The notes beneath the pieces are model-generated. The model did no database searches and had not been told where the DNA came from. It saw only the letters and a program-made list of their open reading frames with translations. From NCBI GenBank assembly GCA_002269645.1, contig NIVC01000292.1, positions 62,001 to 126,000 on the forward strand: DNA of 64,000 bases, in the 5' to 3' direction. Positions within the stretch are counted from its first letter, which is position 1, and every line of letters starts with the position of its first letter. Below are positions 25,674 through 38,751 of the stretch, one piece after another. The stretch comes from Macrostomum lignano (lineage: Eukaryota). The position numbers and the translations under genes are program-made.

Positions 25674-25772
25674 TGAGTTTGGCTCGACTGAGTTTGGCTC
25701 GACTGAGTTTGGCTCGACTGAGTTTGGCTCGACTGAGTTTGGCTCGACTGAGTTTGGCTCGACTGAGTTTGG
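25674..25772. repeat. 15-bp tandem repeat (GAGTTTGGCTCGACT)x~6.5
   Basis: Direct reading. Confidence 0.93.
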
Positions 25773-27203
25773 CTGCAGAAACAGGCAGCAGCACGATGGA
25801 ACTGCAAGGTGGGCTCTCCGACATTTCACACCTGACCGACCAGAATCCCAGACTCTCCATCATGGCCATAAAAGCAAGCCTGTATCAATAGCAGGAAAAG
25901 CCTCCTGTCATAAAACAAAAAAGCAGCGTGTTGCAGATCCCGCATCCCCTCCGACTTCCCATTTCCTTGGGGACAAAGCCTGCGGGCTATCGCAGACTCC
26001 CATCCTGTATTGCCTTTGTCTGTCAGGTGCGCCAGGTGACAAAATTTCTTCAGGCTTTCAAAGGCGCCTGCAAAGCAGAGAGAAGAATGCCAGTTGCAGC
26101 CTCTAAGAGAAGTGTCTGAGTGCTCAGGCCCCGCGACCCGAGGGCCAAGTTATGCTGGAGCAGACTTCATCAAAGAGAGAGAGAGAGGGGTGGGAGAAGA
26201 CAGGGCCTCTAATGACGCACTCGTCCTGTGTTGAGTCCTCCGGGAGCTTTAGTGAAGATGAAGAAGGCAGACGAGGAAGGAGGCTGTGTGTGAAGCGTGT
26301 GACTCCTGCAGGGCATGCTCTCTCATCGAGGCTTTGTTCCCCAGCTTTCCCAGGGCCTCAGTTTCAAATCACCTCCCCACCAGCCGCCAAAATTAATGCC
26401 GTCAAAGCAAGCGGTTGCCAACACTGAGGGGCGAAACATTTACTCAATCAGCCACTGTTTTATTTAATAATCGAATCTGTAAATTGGACGCAGTGACCAG
26501 GTCGGTGAACTTTGCGTGTGAGCTGGCTGAGCCAATTTCTCAGCTGGGGCTCAATTCTTTGTTTGGTCGCTTTAATTCACTTCGTTTGCTTCACTTTTTA
26601 TCACCTGGAATGAATGGTGGCGAGAGAGGGGAGGGGACAGCGGGGGGTCAGGTTGAAGCTGTCGGCCCCATTAATTAGACATGCAGCAGCGAGTCCCTCT
26701 TCATCGCTGCACGAGAGGCGGGCGCAGCCTCCCTGACCGCCGCCCCCCGCATCGGTTGATGTTCTGTCAGAAATCTCTCTCAGGCATGTCAGCAGAGCTG
26801 CCCAGACTCCCCCAGCCTCCTCCTTCATCAGTCCGGGGCGTTTCCATCAGCTTTGCTGTGTCACACTCGACAGGGGCCTCAGAGACTGCCGTGGCCCGGG
26901 CGAGGGCGACTTCTGATTGGACGCCGCCCGCCAGCCACTCACAGGTGCTGCATCCGCAGCCTCATCGCCCAGCCTGCCGACTTGCCGAACACTGCAGGCA
27001 AAGATTGGGGATTGGGGAGATTTTCCCAGGGAGACCACTCACTGCTTTGCTTTTGGTTGGGGAAGTTCCAGGCTTAGTCGAAATCAATATTCCCCTTCTT
27101 CTGGCTGCTCCAAGCACTTTGCTTGCTGCTTTTACTGCTCTCCCTGTTGTTGCGGGCTTTTTCGCAAAAGCGGCAAAGCGGCAACTGCAGGAATCTTGAT
27201 AAC

Positions 27204-27768
<565 letters not shown>

Positions 27769-28634
27769 AATGTTAAACAGCTTCAATTAGCGGCTGAGCT
27801 CAGAGCAGCTCTGCTGCGTTACTCATCGCGCGGTGACGCACTCGAATTGAGTTCTGGCTCGGTGCTGCAGGCTGGACGCCGCAGACCACTAAGTCGGGTT
27901 ATTCTTCACAGCTTGGCTGTTCGCGAGTTGCCAGCCACTCCAGCCTCAAAGCTTTGGCCTCGCAGACTCTCAATAAGCAGGTTCAGCGCGCGATGACAGC
28001 CTCCTTCCTGGCCTCTTTGTGCCGCCTGCCACTGACAGAAGTCTGTTGAATTACCGGGGGGGGGGGGCAGCTGAGACCCGCTGCAGAGAGAGAGCAGAGC
28101 GGGGACTGGCGCGCATTGAGCCAAGTGCTGTGGCCAAGGCGGTGGCCAACTCACTACTCACATACTCGGGGCTGCTATGAAGCTCACAATGATGAAGCTA
28201 TCGCGTGACGCGTCTGTATGGCTGCCTCATCAAAAGCAGGCAGAATCTCAATAGCGGTGCTGCCTCCACACCCCAACCCTGCCCAACCCCTCCCCCCATT
28301 GTTAATGCGGCTCAAGAGAACCCGAGACCCCGAATAGGCGGGCGGGCAGCGAAAGACAACAGAAATTAGGAGGCAGCGATGGGCAAATATGAGTTGAAAG
28401 AGAACCGTTGAAGGGGCTCCCCCCCGCTATCGACAGCTCCCATAGAGTGAACTCAGGCCGAGACGCAACATCTGGCAGGCAGGGGGTCAGCAGTGAGTGG
28501 CTACTCAAATTGTGTCTCTATTCAAGTGCCTAACTATTCAATATTGAGCTGATGAAGCTCTTCGATTTACTTTCCTGGGGTCAAAGTTCCACTAAGACTG
28601 TGTTGTTAAGTGTCCAGACAGTGGAAATTTCCCA

Positions 28635-29112
28635 AGCCTGAACAAACCGGAAACTACTCAAACTGGAAAATACTCAAACCCGAAACTACTCAAACCGGAA
28701 ACTACTCAAACTGGAAAATACTCAAACCCGAAACTACTCAAACCGGAAACTACTCAAACTGGAAAATACTCAAACCCGAAACTACTCAAACCCGAAACTA
28801 CTCAAACTGGAAAATACTCAAACCCGAAACTACTCAAACCGGAAACTACTCAAACTGGAAAATACTCAAACCCGAAACTACTCAAACCCGAAACTACTAA
28901 AACTGGAAAATACTCAAACCCGAAACTACTCAAAATGGAAACTACTCAAACTGGAAACTACTCAAACTGAAAAATACTCGAACCCGAAACTACTCAAACT
29001 GGAAACTACTCAAACTGGAAACTACTCAAATTGGAAACTACTCAAACTGAAAACTACTCAAACCCGAAACTACTAAAACTGGAAACTACTCAAACTGGAA
29101 ACTACTCAAACT
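28635..29112. repeat. 16-bp minisatellite (AAACTACTCAAACTGG-like) with a 48-bp higher-order period
   Basis: Direct reading. The pseudo-ORF repeats every 16 aa. Confidence 0.92.
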
Positions 29113-30094
29113 AGCAAGTACCTATATACCCGAATTTGCTTCAACAGGAAACTTAATAACCTAAACATAATTACCTAAGCATAATTACCTATCAGACTCG
29201 GCGTTTCCAAATGGGTATTAAAAATATTCTCAAGCCAACTCAAAGCTATCAAGCCAGAGGTCAAGCCAGTTTCAAAGCTGGCAGATATCAGGGCTAAGGG
29301 GCACACCGACCGCGGCAGAGAACGCTCAGGAAAGCCAATGAGCCACAAGGCCGGCTGAGCAGTGAACTCTGCACACGGGAGGTCCCCGCTCGGCCCCGGC
29401 GATAAGAGAGGCCCGCAGGCGACTCTAGCCGCCTTCAAGCGGGCGGGCCTTATCGCCCTGTAATGGTGCCAGCCCGCGGGACCTGCCGGACTGTGGACAG
29501 ATAAAGCCACTCGAGCGGGGGTCTTCGAATGTTGAGGAGAGGGGCGGAAAGCAAACAGAGGTGAAAAATATCACCAAGTTGAGCAGAAATTTGCTGTGCT
29601 ATTTTTTGCTTTTAGTAAGAAGCTGCGCAGTAAAAAGCAGTTCGCACATCACAATGCCCTCAGAGCTGGTTGTCAACTTCTGTCATCCATCAGTCTGCTA
29701 CAATCGGCGTTTGTTCATAGAAGCTGGCGAAATCCTTCGTTCGAATTTTAATGGAAAAAATCGTTTAATTGCCGAACTGGTCATGCAGAAGCAGAATTTT
29801 AAGCAATTTATGCAATCTTAAACTCCTCGCATGAGATTGCAGGGATTCCGGCTTGGGGAGTCTTGATTCCTGAGAAGCTGAGGGAGGCGAGTCGCAGATG
29901 AGGCTGGCTTGGCAACTAAAAATCTGACGTATGGGAGAGCTCTCTGTCTTCTGTTTCCTCAAGCAATCAAAAACTGCTCTTACTGCTCAGCCTGGGCGTG
30001 TCCGGGGTGTCCGGGGAGACCCGCCCGGCCGACTGTCCGCCTCTCCCTGCAATTTGCGTATCGACTGGCCGTTCTGCCGGGCCTCCGCCCCTTG

Positions 30095-30428
30095 CCATCT
30101 CAAGTCTCACTGCTCTCCGCCCGTGTCATCTCAAGTCTCACTGCTCTCCGCCCGTGTCATCTCAAGTCTCACTGCTCTCCGCCCCTGTCATCTCAAGTCT
30201 CACTGCTCTCCGCCCCTGTCATCTCAAGTCTCACTGCTCTCCGCCCCTGTCATCTCAAGTCTCACTGTTCTCCGCCCCTGTCATCTCAAGTCTCACTGCT
30301 CTCCGCCCCTGTCATCTCAAGTCTCACTGCTCTTCGCCCCTGTCATCTCAAGTCTCACTGTTCTCCGCCTCTGCCATCTCAAGTCTCACTGCTCTCCGCC
30401 CCTGTCATCTCAAGTCTCACTGCTCTCC
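30095..30428. repeat. 31-bp minisatellite (TCATCTCAAGTCTCACTGCTCTCCGCCCCTG)n, ~11 copies
   Basis: Direct reading. Confidence 0.95.
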
Positions 30429-31813
30429 GACTCTCTCCTCTCCATTCTTGCCCCTCAAATCTTATTGCGTCAGGCCCTTACTCGCCTTCCCCTTCCTAAT
30501 CTCATTTCTCCCATGATCTGCGGCAGCCTTGCCATCCAATATCCTAGAAGCAAAGCAGACCCAGAGACCCAGAGATCAATTGGCCTCAAAACCTCCCATC
30601 CCATCCCTCGCCAGTCCTGAGTCTGAGCTCCTCACTCAGTCGCTGTGGGGTCGGAGGCAGAGCTGGCGGGGGGTTGGGGAAGTCGCCATTATGAGGCTGC
30701 TGAGATGAGAAAAGTAGAGAGACTGAGACCACTCAGAGACCGGGTCGCTTCCCCGTCTTTGCCAATCTCAGCGCTGGGAAAACCAGGCCCCGCCTGTCTG
30801 CCCCCCCCCCCGCCATCGCCCACTTCATTCTCGCGGGTGGGCCGGTCTCCCTTTCCCTCTCTGCGGCGGGTGGCGCTTCCTTCCTTCCTTCCTTGAAATT
30901 CCCCGCTCAGCCAGTCCGCAGGCTTCAGCAGCACTCGCTGAGGCATCATCGCGCAATTCAGCCCCCCCCCCCTCCAGCGGCAGCAACCGCAGCAGCATCA
31001 GCTGCGGCGGCGGCGGCGGCGGCGGGCCCTGAATTATTTAATCAGCAGAGCGCAACCTGCCAGCACTCGCTCAACACTCAGCACCGCTGATGGGGACCTA
31101 CAGCAGCTGCTGCAGTCAATACTCAACACACCCCGTGCGGCTCTTTATAAAGACGCTCTTTTTCACGCACCGCGCGTTGCACTGCCTGTCTGACGTTCAG
31201 GCCGAGGCAACAATGGGGAGCTGTGCTGTGGACAGGCTGTCATAGTGTGGAAATATAGCATACACACTCCTATCACTGGCTAGGCTGCCACTACCGTATC
31301 GGGGCCACAGCTAAACAGTTATTTTTGCATAAGCAAAGTTGCCCCTGCATGCTGCATCCAGCGAACCCCAAACCGGCCTCCGAAAGGCCGCGGTGTCCCC
31401 GTCACTAAATGCCGAGCCTCCACCGCTGCAGCCGGGGGGACTGCTGGCAGGGGACAGGCGCTCCCGGATGCCAATCCCAGCAATCTCCCCCCGCCGCCTC
31501 CAACGCATTTCCCAGACCTCAGCGGGGGAATCGCAATCCCATGGATTCGGCTGCGCCCCACTCGCCCCGTCTTCCCATTGCCTTCGCTTGATCCCCGGGA
31601 GCCGCCCCTTCTGCCCCATCCTTCAGTCATCTCCGCTCCCCTTTACTGACGTCTGCAAAGGAATCCCGCCGATTCCCCGGGCGAGATAAGCAGCTTTGTC
31701 CGACCCTAATCTGAGGGATGCGAAGCCGCCCGGCCACTGCATGCAGTCTTCTGCCGCTGCTGCTGCTGCTGCTGCCCCTAGGAGAGAACAGAGCCGCGGC
31801 TTCCCAATCGGTT

Positions 31814-32109
31814 CCAGACTTCTTCTGTGCCGCGGAGTCTCAACTCTGCAAGCAAGCTAAGCTATTAAGTGGCCTCATCAAGTTGGGACCAACATGAGGT
31901 AGAGACCTCGGTGCTGCGAACGCAGGCTGCTTTTGTCGAATCAGCAGAAGCAGAGCGACTACCAGACTTCTTCTGTGCCGCGGAGTCTCAACTCTGCAAG
32001 CAAGCTAAGCTATTAAGTGGCCTCATCAAGTTGGGACCAACATGAGGTAGAGACCTCGGTGCTGCGAACGCAGGCTGCTTTTGTCGAATCAGCAGAAGCA
32101 GAGCGACTA
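31814..32109. repeat. Tandem direct duplication of 148 bp (31814-31961 / 31962-32109)
   Basis: Both copies read CCAGACTTCTTCTGTGCCGCGG...CAGAGCGACTA. I saw no difference between them by eye. Confidence 0.93.
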
Positions 32110-32593
32110 AAATTTCTACAACCATCTCGGCAGTCACTTCTCTTACAGCTAATTTCCTTAGCAGTTTGGTGGTTCCCGCTGCTTAGCTTGTCCCCCCGGT
32201 TTGGCTGCGCCTTTCTGCGACTGCATGGTCTAGATTCCGGCTGGCCTCTATCCGCCGCTGCCTGCCGCTTGTCCCAAATGGCGGCGCACCGGCGCAAAAG
32301 AAAGCTGCCTGCTCGCGTTACTGCGCGCAGTTCCTCTGCGCTCGCCTGCATTTCGCACCACCAGCTGCATGCCGCAGACACTGCGCAGATGTCCGCTCTG
32401 GGGCGGAAAAGCCTAAGGCTGACTTCTTGCAATTTGCTTATTGGCTTACTTTGCTTTTTCTGCCGCTCTGCTGCTGCAGTCTGCGATCTTTAGCAAAAAG
32501 TTGCGATGGCTTCTCTTGCATCGATTTGTCAGGCAAGAAACCTAATCCAGTGCCGGTTCGCACAGATGCCAAAACTGAGAAAAACAATATACG

Positions 32594-32695
32594 GATTTGC
32601 AATTTGTGCATTTTGTGTTCGAGCACCCTCAGATTCAAAGGGAAACTGAAACTGATTTGCAATTTGTGCATTTTGTGTTCGAGCACCCTCAGATT
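32594..32695. repeat. Short direct repeat (42-bp core GATTTGCAATTTGTGC...CAGATT at 60-bp spacing)
   Basis: Direct reading at 32594 and 32654. Confidence 0.88.
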
Positions 32696-32749
32696 AAAAG
32701 AAACTGATCTCATGTGGATATTGCTCGAATTTACCCTATTTTTTACAGC

Positions 32750-35700
32750 AACGTGAAAATGCCTTTTCCGACGATTTGATTTTAACTTTTTAGTCGCTGC
32801 AGTTCTTATAATTTGAATAGCCTATACGAACGTATAGCCTACGGCACTCTAATTATTCTCTTGAGTTACGCTCGTTCAGTCTGATGAAACTGACTACGTA
32901 TGCATACATGAGTCACACAGAATTTTAATCAGCTCGGTAAAACTTTTTCAAGCTTTTACAAAAATTGTGCAATCATTTGTTCAAGCGTTTACTAACAGTA
33001 AGGCTTAAAGTATTAAACTGATCTTCGCGAAAAATATAGGTCTCAAGAATATGGAAGAAATTAAGAAACATTAAAGAAATGATTCTTGTTGGAATTGTTG
33101 GAGTTAATAGTAAAGGTTGTTTGAGAATCTTGAAGAATATCGGTTTCCTGCGTTGAACTGACTAAATTTCCCGTGTGGCATTTGAGTAAACTTGAGACAT
33201 GCGCACTTTATCTACATGTTGATATTACACCCGGGCCGTACTTGACTTATGGCTGCAGGGGGCATATTATACCCCTATATACAGTTAATTATGCGCTCAA
33301 AATCACAAATTTTTTCTCACCAGGAAAGATTCTCATACTAAAGTAACAAAACACAAACTGATACTATTTTTACACACAAAAACTAAAAAAATACTAAAAA
33401 GAGTATTTGTATGGTTATATGAGGAGACTTTACTTATGTTGCGGCGCATACTGTGACTCTTTGGCTTTGTGGCTTGCGACACCATGCAGATAACCCGAGG
33501 ACGACCCAAATTATCACCAAAATAGAAACCTTTTAATTCATTCAGCATTTATGTTGCTAAGTATGTGTTAATCAAAGGCATATATATTCTTTCAAATAAT
33601 TTAAATGCATATAGTAGACATAAAAAGTAGCAAGATGCTACTTTTCCAAGTTCCTTCCTTCGTAACTAAAAATGCCAGTTTTGGTCAGTACATGTATATC
33701 TGCTGAGTTACACCTTCTAAGGTTTGTTCGTGTAGACCTAATTTTTAAACTCAAGGGTCTGCACCATCAGAGCCAGCATCCTCATCTTCATCATCACCAG
33801 AAGCAGCAACACTTTTAATTCACGATTATTATGATCTGCAGTTCTACTCTTAAGCCGGTATTCTTATAGCATTTATATTGCTTTAAAATATGCTTGAAAA
33901 TTAAAGTTTTTAAAGTAGCTTGTCGCTGATTTTAACACAATTTTGAACTAATATTTAGCATTATTCTAACCCTGTTATTTGTTTTACTTTTCTTTTACGT
34001 AAATTTATACTTTTCGACATAAAACCGGTTTGACCTGATCAGACCAGTCAGCTTGATCTAGGATCTAGAGTCGCGAAAAAAAACGAAAAATGACAAGCAT
34101 GTCAAAGTATTGTCATTAAAGTACATCGCCAAACCTATCATGCAGTGCTATGCACTACTTGTTGCGATTCCGATAAGCTGTGGTTCTTTAAAAATTTTTT
34201 AGGCCCCTGGGCGCTGGCGGCCTGGCCCCCCTGGCCTATGCCTGAAACAAGTGTTTTCAGTAAAATCACTTTAAATATTCAAATCGCTCATAATTTTAGG
34301 CCTACACTATATTATCTGGCTTATCTGATTCATTTGTGGTTTATATAGGCTACTAGTCTGTTGTCATCAAATAGATTTGTCTGCACTAAATAATAAATTA
34401 TATTGTAATTACTAGAATTGATGGCAATGGCTAGAGTTCCAGTACCAGAACCCATTTTCTAACGGCTACGGATCTGGCAGTGCCATTATAATATAGATGA
34501 AACATTATATATTTCTTTCTACAGGTGGCTGATATTGAGATTTTGTTCTAGATTAAAATTCAAGACGATATGATACAATTTGGGATGAGATGCTTTAACT
34601 AATATTCAGACTTCTTAAGATATGTTCTTAGCAGTCTTTATATGCTTCTATATGGCATTGCCGGATCCCTAGCTGTTAGAAAATGGGTTCCGGTGCCGGA
34701 ACTCTAGCCATTACCAAAATTGATACATTGCTAGGTTATAGATCAGTGCATAGTGCATTAGGCCTATGCCTATTCTCAGACAATTGTTAATCAATCATGA
34801 TAGATAGTAAGATAGAAGATCTTATACACTGGCCTATCTACCATTTTTGTATTTTTTACTATTTTTTTAAGTGTTGCAAACTTTCAAACAATATTTTAGT
34901 TCAAATTCAAGATTTTTTTAGAACAGTTGACAGAGGTCTATATTGCCCTATTCACTTACTACAAGTTACTCGGTCACCTAAAACCTATGCCCTTAGTTGG
35001 CTTAGTGCTTATACTTAAAAAGTTATATTATAATTCATTTTGGCTATTGCCAAAAGTAAGAAAGATAGGCTAGGCTAAACAAAGTAAATCAATAGATCTT
35101 CAGTTTTTAATATTTTAATTAGTACATTAATTTTGTTTTTGTTTTCTAATAATATAAAAAACTCAAGATTTTTAGGAATAAGTAAAATTAGTAGTATCAT
35201 ATTTTTTTCTACAATTTTATCATCTTATTATATTCAAATCAAGATCAAGATTCTATATGACTATAGTCTAGACCTATTAAATTTCATTTTATTAAGTATA
35301 AAATTTAAGGTTGAAAGGCCTAATCTTTATTAAATTATAAATTTAAATTTACTTAACTACTTTTTTATTACTATTTGAATCATTCTAAAAGTAAATTTTG
35401 GCTTTGTTTTTGATTTTTTAAACAATCTTAAATTTATAATATTTATATAGTCAAGATTATTAATAAATTCAAAGCAATATCTAGTATTGTTTGGCAATAG
35501 ATCAAAAAGTTGACAATCATAAGGTCAGTATGCAAAAGGCTATAGTCAAAAGGCAACAATCAGTATATTCACATGTATTAGACTTATTTTTTTTAAATTT
35601 ACGAGTAGTTAAAATGTATTAAGACTAACATTTGTTGAAATATTAGACTTATTGAGTATTCTACATGCATAATAGTCTAGATGCTGGAGAGTGCAATATT

Positions 35701-36450
35701 GCTATTGTGTGATCTCATTGTTCCAGGATAGAATTTTTATGCAAAATCTTGGATAAATTCTATTCTATATACCTTGACAAAAACTTGCGCACATATATAT
35801 ATATATATTATATTTCTAGCAATCTTGCACAACTCTTAAATCTTGTTTTTTATCCAAAAATATACCTGATTTTCAGTCTTTTTTACATCTCACTTCATTC
35901 TTTAGCAATACATATTGCAATTGTATTAGTTCTTCTAGAAGAAGAGTAGTCTTAACTAGTCTTAACTACTATATTTTAACTACTCATACATTAATAAATG
36001 CATTTTAAAATACAAGTTGAATTGTGAAATTGCAATTCCAATAAATATATTGACTGTTGCCTTTTTGATCTTTTGCCCTTTTAATTAGTTTCTATTTGTC
36101 ATATATATTTATTACTACAATTGCTAAAACTAATTTCTATATTTTTAAAAGATAATCTCTTTATAACAATTTCTTAAACTGAAAACATAAATTATATTAT
36201 ATTTGCCTCACTTTATCATTGATATATTAGTACTTTAGTAAAATCTTGTTTAAGTAATGAGTTCCATATGATATATTTTTTGTCATTATTTAATGAAGAA
36301 TTCCTGAAAATATGAGTGTAAAGTAAAAGCAGATTGTGCTAAAATGGGGACCTCTGATTTTTCAAATTATATGTAGATAAGACATATAGACAGTAGCAGG
36401 GTTTGGAAAGTAGTGCAAGAAACCTCAATATATTGATCAAGATCATGGGT
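32750..36450. other. AT-rich island, probably decayed DNA-transposon material
   Basis: Abrupt drop in GC relative to the flanks, absence of the minisatellites that dominate elsewhere, and a nested MITE. Confidence 0.55.
34423..34715. mobile_element. 293-bp MITE, Mutator(MULE)-like: 64-bp TIRs, 9-bp TSD
   Basis: 34423-34486 matches the reverse complement of 34652-34715 at 56/64 positions. Termini are GG...CC. Flanks AGAATTGAT (34414-34422) and AAAATTGAT (34716-34724) match at 8/9. Confidence 0.82.
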
Positions 36451-36947
36451 GCTTAGCTGCTAGAGTACCCAGCCCCACCAGATGTAGCTTCTTGCTCAAT
36501 GTGAAGATCACATTCTAGCAAATTGTGTAACACTCCCGCTGGACCCGCTTGAACAGCTGCTGCAGTGTGATATCATCAAGTTCTGCTGGGCAACCACTGT
36601 GTAGCTTATCTTCAAGGCCCTCATTGCAATGACTGAATGAGAATTCAATGCTGCAATCACAATGAGCTATTAAATTGTCTTCATGGTCCAGGCAATAAGT
36701 TGCCCAACGGCCGTCCACAGCAGCAGCAGCAACTGAGCAGCCCCCTCCTGTCGTTCTGCGCCTCAAGATCTCCAAGTGTGCATCCGACATCTCTTGCTCC
36801 AGTCCGTCTCGGCGCCCTCCTGCTTTAACCTCGTCCTCAGCCTCCTTCATCTCCATCTGTACAAAGTCGCTTGTCTCGGCATTTATCCCCATCGCTACTC
36901 GGGCGGGAGTCGGCCTTACAGCTTCACCCGGCAGTTCAGCAGTCCAG

Positions 36948-37073
36948 ATGGACCCGCGCCTGGCGTACCCGTACAACCACCAATCAGAGCTGCTCGCATC
37001 CGCCTCCTTCAAGCTGTGGACTCACGTGTGGGAGAAGTCTCACCCGCATCTGCAGCTGTCTCCCCGGCGCTGA
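36948..37073 (+). CDS. TENT4: TENT4 N-terminal segment (MDPRLAY...KLWTHVWEK), out of frame with the rest of exon 1
   Basis: ATG at 36948 gives MDPRLAYPYNHQSELLASASFKLWTHVWEKSHPHLQLSPRR*. This resembles my recollection of the vertebrate TENT4A/B N-terminus MDPR(V/I)AW...LWMQIWET. The stop TGA at 37071-73 overlaps the ATG at 37073-75. Confidence 0.65.
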   Translation: MDPRLAYPYNHQSELLASASFKLWTHVWEKSHPHLQLSPRR

Positions 37074-37600
37074 TGTGCGGCCCGCAGATGCAGGCATTTT
37101 TCCGGGAACTGCAGCATCAGCGGCTGGCGGCTCAGCAGCAGCACCTTGGCCGGCTGCTGCTCAACAGCCCCGCCTACATTGCCGGCACCCTCGGCGGCGC
37201 CGCTGGTGGCATCGGCGGCAACTGCGGCTCCTCTGACCAGTCGGAAGAATCCGAGGATGGCAACTCGAGCTGCGGCGGCGGCACTGGCAGCCCGCCGTCC
37301 GAACAGTCCGCTGTTGCTGGGGTCTGCGCGGCGGGCGGAGGCCGGCGTCGGTCATCGCAGAGTCGGTGGTCGGCCGGCCCGAATTGGGGGCCGCAGCAAC
37401 AGTGGAACCGGCAGCAGGGCCGGGGCTCGGGGCACCAGCAACAGGGCTGCCAGAACCAGCCGCCTGTTGCCATGACAGCAGCTTGGCTCGGCCCGGAGCG
37501 CCGGCAGGCAGGTCAGGGGCCGCAGGGGCTGCACGAAGAGCTGCTGCTGTTCCACCAGTGGATGTCGTCAACACCGGAGGAGGCCGCGATGCGGACGCAG
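37073..37600 (+). CDS. TENT4: TENT4/PAPD5-PAPD7 (Trf4-like) non-canonical poly(A) polymerase, exon 1 main frame
   Basis: GLHEELLLFHQWMSSTPEEAAMRTQ matches the family GLHEEIxDFYxYMSPxPEExxMR. Donor ACGCAG|GTAAAA at 37601, phase 0. Confidence 0.88.
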
Positions 37601-37639
37601 GTAAAAAACCTGCGTTACTTGAAGCTATTTTATGAACCC

Positions 37640-38295
37640 TACGAAATCCCTAGAATCATTTTCAGAATGGCCTTTAGAAAAATCCCTATGAGAATCGCCC
37701 TCAGAAGAATCCCTATGAGAATTGGCCTTAAAGGATTCCCAATGACAGTCGCCCTCAGAAAAATCCCTATGAGAATCCCCCTTAGAAAAATCCCTATGAG
37801 AATCGCCCTCAGAAAAATCCCTATGAGAATCTCCCTCAGAAAAATCCCTATGAGAATCTCCCTCAGAAGATTCCCTATGAGAATTGGCCTTAAAGGATTC
37901 CCAATGAGAATTGCCCTCAAAAATCCCTATGAGAATCGCCCTCAGAAAAATCCCTATGAGAATCGCCCTCAGAAGATTCCCTGTGAGAATCGCCCTCAGA
38001 AGATTCCCTGTGAGAATCGCCCTCAGAAGATTCCCTGTGAGAATCGCCCTCAGAAGATTCCCTGTGAGAATCGCCCTCAGAAGATTCCCTGTGAGAATCG
38101 CCCTCAGAAGATTCCCTGTGAGAATCGCCCTCAGAAGATTCCCTGTGAGAATTGGCCTTTAAGGATTACCAATGAGAATTGCCCTAAAAATCCCTATCAG
38201 ACTCGCCCTCAGAAAAATCCCTATAAGAATCGCCCTCAGAAAAATCCCTATGAGAATCGCCCTCAAAAAATCCCTATGAGAATCGCCCTCAGATC
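37640..38295. repeat. 27-bp minisatellite (CCCTRTGAGAATCGCCCTCAGAARAWT)n in TENT4 intron 1
   Basis: Direct reading. Confidence 0.93.
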
Positions 38296-38751
38296 CCCTA
38301 AAGCACTTGCAAGAAACGCCTTTATAAATTCTGAAAAAAACAAACCGGAAAATCTGAAACCCTAGGATAACCTGGGTGTATAGACTTCTTTCAGAGGACT
38401 TAAAAATTGTTTTCTTTGAGCGAGAAACTGCTTGATAAGCCCAACTGCTTTGGCCCATCGCTCTGATGTGCCTCTTAGACTCTTCATCACGCGCCCAGTT
38501 TAACTAACTATTCAGATAAGCTACACACGCGAGCTGTATAAGTTCCGCTGCCTCAGCTGCCTGGCTTTTCAAAGTATCAAAGGCAGTCCTGGCTATGTTT
38601 AGCTCAGCTGTCTCTGCTTCCAGACAGATTTTCTACCTCAGGTGTTTTTGACTGGGCTGACTTTGTAGTTACAAGCGCAATTTATAATACTATTTTTCTC
38701 GCTTTTTCTTTAATTGCCCATCAATTTTTCTTTGAAAGTTTACCAATAGCT

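Noticed and set aside
30893-31200. Gln/Ala/Arg-rich stretch as a coding exon
   Set aside because: Low-complexity trinucleotide runs with no recognisable domain and no convincing splice pair.
33333-33548. piggyBac-type Cys-rich domain remnant
   Set aside because: Only vague similarity. I found no TTAA-flanked TIRs or catalytic motifs.
36776-38365. 529-aa ORF treated as one protein
   Set aside because: Only 37073-37600 is coding. After the donor at 37601 it reads through the intronic 27-bp repeat.
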